Assembly: GCA_023336815.1 (NCBI GenBank)
Contig: JAMBLJ010000218.1
Span: forward strand, 1 to 63,482
Direction: 5' to 3'
Length of the DNA: 63,482 nt
Source: Actinomycetes bacterium
GTDB taxonomy: Bacteria > Actinomycetota > Acidimicrobiia > Spongiisociales > UBA5794
This document shows, piece after piece, positions 57,793 through 63,482 of this stretch. The translations under genes were made by a program, and so were the position numbers. How positions within the stretch are numbered: position 1 is the first letter of the stretch; every line of letters starts with the position of its first letter. The notes below the pieces were generated by a model. That model saw only the letters and a program-made list of their open reading frames with translations. It was not told the origin of the DNA and did no database searches.

Positions 57793-59508
57793 ATGCAAAC
57801 GCGGAAGATACTTGACCCAGTCCGATCGCTGTTTCGCAAAGAGAAACTCAAGGCCGACGCCGTCGCGGGTGTGGTCCTTGGAGTTGAGAGCGTTCCGGAT
57901 GGGCTAGCTGGCGGGTTGCTGGCTGGGGTGAATCCAGTCTTCGGTCTGTACGCCTACATGGTGGGAACCTTTACCGGTGGCATCTTCACGAGTTCTTCCT
58001 TCATGGCCGTCCAGGCGACCGGTGCTATGGCGATCGTCGTCGCCGATATCAATATCTCAGGCATGGGAGACGACCCTGACAGGATTCTGTTCACCCTGTC
58101 GATCGTCACGGGCCTCGTCATGCTCGCTGCTGGACTACTCAAACTCGGCTCGATCCTCAGGTTCGTATCCAATGCCGTCATGATCGGGTTCATAAACGCT
58201 GTTGGTGTCAACATCATCCTCGGCCAGCTCGATAACTTCACCGGGTACGAAAGTCAAGGTGCGAACCGGGTGCTACGGGCCATGGACACGCTCTTCAACC
58301 TCGGTCAGGCTCACTTCGGCACCATCGCCATAGGCGTTTCGACGATCGTGTTGATCGTCCTCCTCGAACGGACCAAACTCAAGGCTCTCGGGATGGTCGT
58401 CGCGATCGTGGCGACGTCAGCGGCTGTAGTCCTCCTCGGGATGGAGGTAGCTCAGTTGCTCGACATTGCCGACATACCTCGATCCCTTCCTCGACCGGTC
58501 CTTCCCGTTCTTGGAGCAGTTCCGGCGCTGCTCATCCCAGCGTTCTCTCTCGCGTTTATCGGCTTGGTCCAGGGTGCAGGGATCTCGGCGAACTTCCCGA
58601 ACCCCGACGGCACGTACCCTGTAGCCTCGAAAGACTTCATCGGCCAGGGTGCGGCGAACATCGCTGTAGGCGTGTTCCAGGGCATGCCCGTCGGTGGGTC
58701 GATGTCCGCGTCTTCACTCGTGAAATCTGCGGGGGCGAAGTCACGGCTCGCCCTTCTCATCGCTGGTGTGGTGATGGCCATCGTCATCCTCGTGTTCGGA
58801 TCGGCCGTTGGCTACATCGCCATGCCTGCCCTCGCGGGGTTGCTCATGACGGTCGGGTACCGGACGGTCAAACCGGCTGATATCAAGGCGGTCTGGAAGA
58901 CCGGATCCATGCAGGCCACTGTCATGCTCGTGACGTTCAGTCTCACGATGCTGATAGCCCTGCAGTACGCGGTCCTTGTGGGTGTTGGTATTTCGATGAT
59001 CTTGTACATCATCAACCAATCGAATCAGGTTACGGTCAAGCGGTGGTTGTACGACGAGTCCGGTCGACATCGCGAGGTTGATCCGCCCGCCACCGTTTCC
59101 GCCCACGAGGTCATCGTTATCCAACCGTACGGAAGTCTCTTTTTTGCGGCGGCCCCGGTGTTCGAAGAGGCGCTCCCCAATGTTGGAAGGGACTCGTCGG
59201 GATCCGTCGTCATCCTGCGTCTACGCGGTCGATCCGATCTCGGTTCGACATTCATGGATGTGCTCGGTCGATACGCGGAGGAGTTGAACGCGGCCGGGAG
59301 CAAGCTCGTCATCATCTCTGCGGATGAATCCATCCATCAACAGCTCGCTGCCACACGGGTCACAGCAGTCGTTGGTACGGAGAACATCTACACGTCGGAC
59401 GAGTGGGTGGGTGCCACGCTCAAGCGTGCATACGACGATGCGTCGGTCTGGGTCGAAGCGAATGAGCACCCGGAACACGAGCGTTCTCCTGACGATCGGG
59501 ATACGTAG
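57793..59508 (+). CDS. SulP/SLC26 anion transporter with STAS domain
   Basis: DAVAGVVLG, PVFGLY, GFINAVG, GQGAANI, GMPVGGSMSAS, GSLFFAAA STAS. ATG 57793 lies 7 nt after TACGCT. Confidence 0.92.
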   Translation: MQTRKILDPVRSLFRKEKLKADAVAGVVLGVESVPDGLAGGLLAGVNPVFGLYAYMVGTFTGGIFTSSSFMAVQATGAMAIVVADINISGMGDDPDRILFTLSIVTGLVMLAAGLLKLGSILRFVSNAVMIGFINAVGVNIILGQLDNFTGYESQGANRVLRAMDTLFNLGQAHFGTIAIGVSTIVLIVLLERTKLKALGMVVAIVATSAAVVLLGMEVAQLLDIADIPRSLPRPVLPVLGAVPALLIPAFSLAFIGLVQGAGISANFPNPDGTYPVASKDFIGQGAANIAVGVFQGMPVGGSMSASSLVKSAGAKSRLALLIAGVVMAIVILVFGSAVGYIAMPALAGLLMTVGYRTVKPADIKAVWKTGSMQATVMLVTFSLTMLIALQYAVLVGVGISMILYIINQSNQVTVKRWLYDESGRHREVDPPATVSAHEVIVIQPYGSLFFAAAPVFEEALPNVGRDSSGSVVILRLRGRSDLGSTFMDVLGRYAEELNAAGSKLVIISADESIHQQLAATRVTAVVGTENIYTSDEWVGATLKRAYDDASVWVEANEHPEHERSPDDRDT

Positions 59509-59540
59509 ACCGCCTGCGTTGGGATCATTCGCTCGGACCG

Positions 59541-60473
59541 TCAGCCGATGTGTTCCTCGAGTTCTCCATTGTGGGTCGTCTGTGTTGGTGCGTCGGCACC
59601 CGCACGCCATGTCCATTTGTCACCCGATGGCGAACATGCGACTTCGATGTCAACGGATGTGCCCGCTTCGATCTGTCGCGGTCGATCAAGGGGGAGGAAT
59701 CCTTGCTCCCAGCTGGGGACGATGTTCGGGGGGACGTTGCTCAAGGAGTTGCCCGGACCGAGCGTGGCAGTGAACCACACCCCGATTCCATGAACGGTCG
59801 CGTTCTTGGTCACTCTCGACGTACCGACGCCAGAAATTGTCGGTTGCGACTCGTTCAGGTCGGTAGTGAACAGTGTGACGGGTTCGCTGACCAGATCGGA
59901 GCGGCTCATCTCGACGGAATGGAGGTTGTTCTGGGCGACGCGTTCGAGCGGCGAGAAGTCAAGATCACGCAGCGGAAGATCCCAGCGCTCGATGCTCTCA
60001 TACTCCGCGGGTACACAGATGAGGCTTGCCGTCACGTCGAGGGACATCGGCACGATCACCGCACCCGGCACAAGGAGCCGCTCCTTCGCATCGCTAACCC
60101 AGGCAACTATCCCCTCATCAAGCCCGGCGTTACCGATCGTTTCCGAGATGAGTACATCGGCGCGTTGGGGTACATCGATGTCGAGTGAAGACCCTTCCAG
60201 GAATGTGATCGTTGCAGCGAACCCGTTCCTGTCGCTGATCTCTCTGGCGATGTGGATGATGGGTTCACGCTCAATGGCGTACACCTGCGAGGCTCCGGCC
60301 TGTGCCGCGAACATCGAAAGTATCCCGGTCCCTGAACCGATATCGACGACGATATCGCCAGGTTGGACCGCCGATGCGATGGCATCGTGGAAGGCGGAGA
60401 TTCTGAGCTCATCCGTGAGCATCGAGTGATGGAAATCGAAGCTGTCAATCGGTCGTACTCCGTACCCGTCCAT
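59541..60473 (-). CDS. Protein arginine N-methyltransferase (PRMT)-like SAM-dependent methyltransferase
   Basis: HHSMLTDELR, VVDIGSGTGILS, VYAIE, ADVLISETIGNAGLDE (double-E), RLLVPGAVIVP, HGIGVWF, PSW loop. Confidence 0.85.
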   Translation of the reverse strand: MDGYGVRPIDSFDFHHSMLTDELRISAFHDAIASAVQPGDIVVDIGSGTGILSMFAAQAGASQVYAIEREPIIHIAREISDRNGFAATITFLEGSSLDIDVPQRADVLISETIGNAGLDEGIVAWVSDAKERLLVPGAVIVPMSLDVTASLICVPAEYESIERWDLPLRDLDFSPLERVAQNNLHSVEMSRSDLVSEPVTLFTTDLNESQPTISGVGTSRVTKNATVHGIGVWFTATLGPGNSLSNVPPNIVPSWEQGFLPLDRPRQIEAGTSVDIEVACSPSGDKWTWRAGADAPTQTTHNGELEEHIG

Positions 60474-60607
60474 CCTGGTTCCCCACGCTCTGTATCGCCT
60501 CGACCGACGATCGCATCGATGCCTACGGCCCCGGCGACGTTACCAGCGTCTTGCAACCAGTGTGCTCGGCGTCATCGACCTGGTGTGGATCGTGGCCGTG
60601 AGCCTGG

Positions 60608-61534
60608 TCAGGTTCGTCGGTCGACCTGGTAGTTGGTGCCCGCTGTGCGCTTTGCGACTTCCTTCATCTCAGAGGCAACAGATGAAGCCTCCCACTCGCT
60701 TGCGAGTGGCTTGTTCTCGGTGGTAGCTACACCCATCGACAGGGAGCAGATCGGAAAGGCATGACGTTCACCGCGGCGATCGGTGACTTCGATGTACCCC
60801 TGAAGAGCATCGGCGGTGTCGTAGTGCTCGAGAATCCCATCGTCAAAGGTCACGACGACCTCGTCACAGAACGGCTTCATGTTGTCGGCACGTACGATCG
60901 CTATAAAGTCGTCCCCACCAACATGGCCTATGAACGCATCCGCTTCGCCCACGGCGTGGGCCGCAGCGAGGAGGATCCTTGCGGTGAACTTGATCACAGT
61001 ATCGCCACGCATGAACCCGTAGTGGTCGTTGAACGCCTTGAAGTTATCGAGATCAGCGTGGACCAGGGCGAATTGTTGCCCTGATGACACACGATCCTCG
61101 AGTTCGCTCGTGATCCGAAAGTTGCCTGGCAAACCGGTGAGCGGTGACAGATCGCGCATCTGCTGCGAGCGACGCAGAACGGTGCGTACGCGCGCGATCA
61201 ACTCTTCGAGGTCGAAGGGTTTAGTGATGTAGTCGTCCGCCCCCAGGTCGAGTCCCTTGACCCTGTCCTCTGCGAGTGACCGTGCTGTCAATACGATGAC
61301 CGGTACGTTGGCCGTTGGTGGGTCACTTCGCATGCGTCGGAGGACGGTGAGGCCATCGATTTCAGGCATCATGACGTCGAGCAACATGAGGTCCGGTGGC
61401 GCTGCCGCGGCCTTCTCAAGCGCCTCTTTCCCACCGCCCGCGAGTTCCACCTCGAACCCATCGAGTTCGAGATTGAGTCTCACGAACTGGAGAATATCCG
61501 GGTCGTCATCGACGACGAGGATGCGTTCCTTCAT
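60608..61534 (-). CDS. Response regulator (REC) - GGDEF-family protein, GGDDF variant
   Basis: ILVVDDD, LLDVMMP, LTA, KPF; then LTGLPGN, DLDNFKAFNDHYG, GD, HVGGDDF, SMGV. Confidence 0.92.
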   Translation of the reverse strand: MKERILVVDDDPDILQFVRLNLELDGFEVELAGGGKEALEKAAAAPPDLMLLDVMMPEIDGLTVLRRMRSDPPTANVPVIVLTARSLAEDRVKGLDLGADDYITKPFDLEELIARVRTVLRRSQQMRDLSPLTGLPGNFRITSELEDRVSSGQQFALVHADLDNFKAFNDHYGFMRGDTVIKFTARILLAAAHAVGEADAFIGHVGGDDFIAIVRADNMKPFCDEVVVTFDDGILEHYDTADALQGYIEVTDRRGERHAFPICSLSMGVATTENKPLASEWEASSVASEMKEVAKRTAGTNYQVDRRT

Positions 61535-62202
61535 CTATTTCCCATACCCACGATCGACTTCATTTCCACGATGGCGTTCACCGGATCGTCAGCGTTAAAC
61601 ACGGAGCTTCCAGCCACGAAGACGTTGGCACCGGCCGAGCTCGCTCGACCGATCGTCTGGAGGTCGATGCCGCCATCGACCTGTATATCGGTCGAAAGTG
61701 CTCGAGAATCAACGGATTCTCTGAGAGCCTCGATCTTGGTGAGAACCTGGTCCATGAACCGTTGCCCACCGAAACCGGGTTGCACGCTCATGACCACCAC
61801 GATGGAACATCGGTCAAGGTACGGAACGATCGCTTCGATTGGTGTGTTCGGTGACAACGCCAGCCCGAAATCAATGCCAAGCCTGTCTGCCTCCTCAGCA
61901 ACGGGTACGGGATCGGGTATCGCCTCGATATGTGCTGTGACCCCATTTGCTCCCGCCACCGCAATGGACTCGATGTACCGCAAAGGATCGGTGATCATCA
62001 GATGACAATCGAGGTACAGATCCGTCGCAGCCCGCAGCGAGGCGATCACGGGGGTACCCAGCGAGATGTTCGGCACGAAGTGGCCATCCATCACATCGAC
62101 ATGGAGGGAGTCGATCTCAGGCGTGATCAGGTCGATCTCTCTCGAAAGGTGAGCGAAATCAGCGGCGAGGATGGATGGCGAGATGCGGATGTCGTTGTTC
62201 AT
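61531..62202 (-). CDS. rpe: Ribulose-phosphate 3-epimerase
   Basis: SPSILAADF, HVDVMDGHFVPN, DCHLMI, MSVQPGFGGQ, QVDGG, VAGS. Confidence 0.97.
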   Translation of the reverse strand: MNNDIRISPSILAADFAHLSREIDLITPEIDSLHVDVMDGHFVPNISLGTPVIASLRAATDLYLDCHLMITDPLRYIESIAVAGANGVTAHIEAIPDPVPVAEEADRLGIDFGLALSPNTPIEAIVPYLDRCSIVVVMSVQPGFGGQRFMDQVLTKIEALRESVDSRALSTDIQVDGGIDLQTIGRASSAGANVFVAGSSVFNADDPVNAIVEMKSIVGMGNR

Positions 62203-62251
62203 TGCCAGCGATTGTATAGGGTTGGCGTCACGCATCGTGGAAGGGAACCGA

Positions 62252-63058
62252 ATGGACGCGTATCGTGTCGCCGAGGGAACGGGCCTGGATCTGAGGACGA
62301 TCGACCCGGGTGAGAAGACAGCATTCGCCGACCTCAAGAAGTCATCGAGTCTGAACGTCCTTGCATCCTATCGCCGACGACTTGCAGATCTGCAACGGCT
62401 GTTGTGGGCCGACGGGAGTAGGAGCCTCTTGTTCGTTCTCCAGGCAATGGACACGGGGGGCAAGGATGGCACTATCCGCAAGGTGTTCACCGGTGTGAAC
62501 CCCCAGGGTGTCGATGTTCGTGGTTTCGGTGTACCAAGCGAACGCGAACTCGATCATGATTATCTGTGGCGTGTCCATACTCAGGCCCCACCACGCGGCC
62601 GGATCGGAATATTCAATCGATCTCACTACGAGGATGTGCTCGTGGTCCGCGTGCTCGATCTTGTGCCTGAGGAGCAATGGCGACGTCGCTACGGACACAT
62701 CCGCGACTTCGAGAGGATGCTCATCGATGAGGGGACGGTCATCGTCAAGGTGATGTTGCACATCTCGAAAGAAGAGCAAGCTCGTCGACTACGGTCTCGC
62801 CTCGACGATCCCGCAAAGAGCTACAAGTTCAATCCGAGTGATCTGGACTCACGAAGTCGCTGGGACGAGTACATGGCCGCATACGAGGAAGCGATCTCGG
62901 AAACGACGACGGTCGACGCCCCGTGGTTCGTTGTGCCGTCAGATCGCAAGTGGTATCGCAACCTCGTTATCTCCAAGATCCTCATCGAAACGCTCGAAGG
63001 TCTCGATCTCACCTATCCGGAACCGGAGCATGATCTGTCTGCCATCGTCATCGAGTGA
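62252..63058 (+). CDS. ppk2: Polyphosphate kinase 2 family (class III-like polyP:nucleotide phosphotransferase)
   Basis: QAMDTGGKDG Walker A, FNRSHYEDVLVVRV, LHISKEEQ, PWFVVPSDRKWYRN. Confidence 0.92.
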   Translation: MDAYRVAEGTGLDLRTIDPGEKTAFADLKKSSSLNVLASYRRRLADLQRLLWADGSRSLLFVLQAMDTGGKDGTIRKVFTGVNPQGVDVRGFGVPSERELDHDYLWRVHTQAPPRGRIGIFNRSHYEDVLVVRVLDLVPEEQWRRRYGHIRDFERMLIDEGTVIVKVMLHISKEEQARRLRSRLDDPAKSYKFNPSDLDSRSRWDEYMAAYEEAISETTTVDAPWFVVPSDRKWYRNLVISKILIETLEGLDLTYPEPEHDLSAIVIE

Positions 63059-63076
63059 GCGACCGCCAATCCACAG

Positions 63077-63482
63077 TCAGGCATCGAAGACGGCGATGAA
63101 CATCCCGTCAGTCCTGGTGAGATGAGGCGTGAACAGAACACCATCTCCCCAGGGCTCCGCTATCGAATGTTCGGGTGCGTGGAATCCCATGTTGGCGACG
63201 ACATCGATCGTTTCCTCGGGAAATACGGTGCACACGCTGTATACGAGGCGTCCTCCCTGTCGGAGGAGACCTACGGCCTGCTGGAGCATTGATCGCTGCA
63301 TTTTGCCGTAGCGGTCGGGTGCGTCTGGGTCCATCCGATACCGGATCTCGGGCCTCCTTCGCAGTGTGCCGAGGCCAGTGCAGGGAGCGTCGAGGAGAAC
63401 GCGATCGAAAGACGAGGATCGAAAGGGCGGTTTGGCGGCATCGGCCACCAGCCACGTGATTCTCGAGATATCCTTGGAGCGA
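63077..63482 (-). CDS. rsmB: RsmB/Sun-family RNA m5C methyltransferase, 3' part (continues beyond window)
   Basis: VLLDAPCTGLGTLRRRPE, LVYSVCT, TDGMFIA. Confidence 0.9.
   Translation of the reverse strand, partial: RSKDISRITWLVADAAKPPFRSSSFDRVLLDAPCTGLGTLRRRPEIRYRMDPDAPDRYGKMQRSMLQQAVGLLRQGGRLVYSVCTVFPEETIDVVANMGFHAPEHSIAEPWGDGVLFTPHLTRTDGMFIAVFDA

Noticed and set aside
59541-60473. Labelling the methyltransferase as PrmA (L11 methylase)
   Set aside because: No PrmA N-terminal substrate domain; the double-E loop and C-terminal barrel motifs are PRMT-type.

Overview
Gene-dense, GC-rich core-chromosome segment of an actinobacterium. Gene content and order suggest class Acidimicrobiia; this is inference from remembered synteny, and no database was searched. 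Most genes lie on the minus strand in translationally coupled operons. (1) tRNA-Pro, then the conserved block acyl-CoA carboxylase/der/DUF512, ispH (inverted), cmk-aroA-rluB-scpBA, xerD-NUDIX-pyrG-recN-nadK-tlyA-HAD. (2) helY-tatC-tatA/B and a complete Pup-proteasome locus (pafC-pafB-pafA-prcA-prcB-pup-dop-arc, ferredoxin, trmI). (3) A more variable stretch: small membrane proteins, MFS, BON/OmpA plus a small partner, DivIVA, CREST hydrolase, dehydratase, lipoprotein, thiI, DUF389. (4) tyrS-mpg-pheTS-trmH-rplT-rpmI-infC with an L20-type leader. (5) The rib operon under an FMN riboswitch, SulP, a eukaryote-like protein-arginine methyltransferase homologue, REC-GGDEF, rpe, ppk2 and the 3' part of rsmB. 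No transposase, prophage or CRISPR array is visible. Most notable observations: the stand-alone PRMT-like gene with an intact double-E loop; several genes whose conserved N-termini require non-canonical CTG/ATC start codons; a TyrRS with both class I signature motifs altered (TLGW/KMSQS); heptamer repeats building the TatA/B tail; an ArfAB-like pair; and several small ORFs missing from the ORF track. All family calls come from recalled motifs and need HMM or BLAST confirmation.
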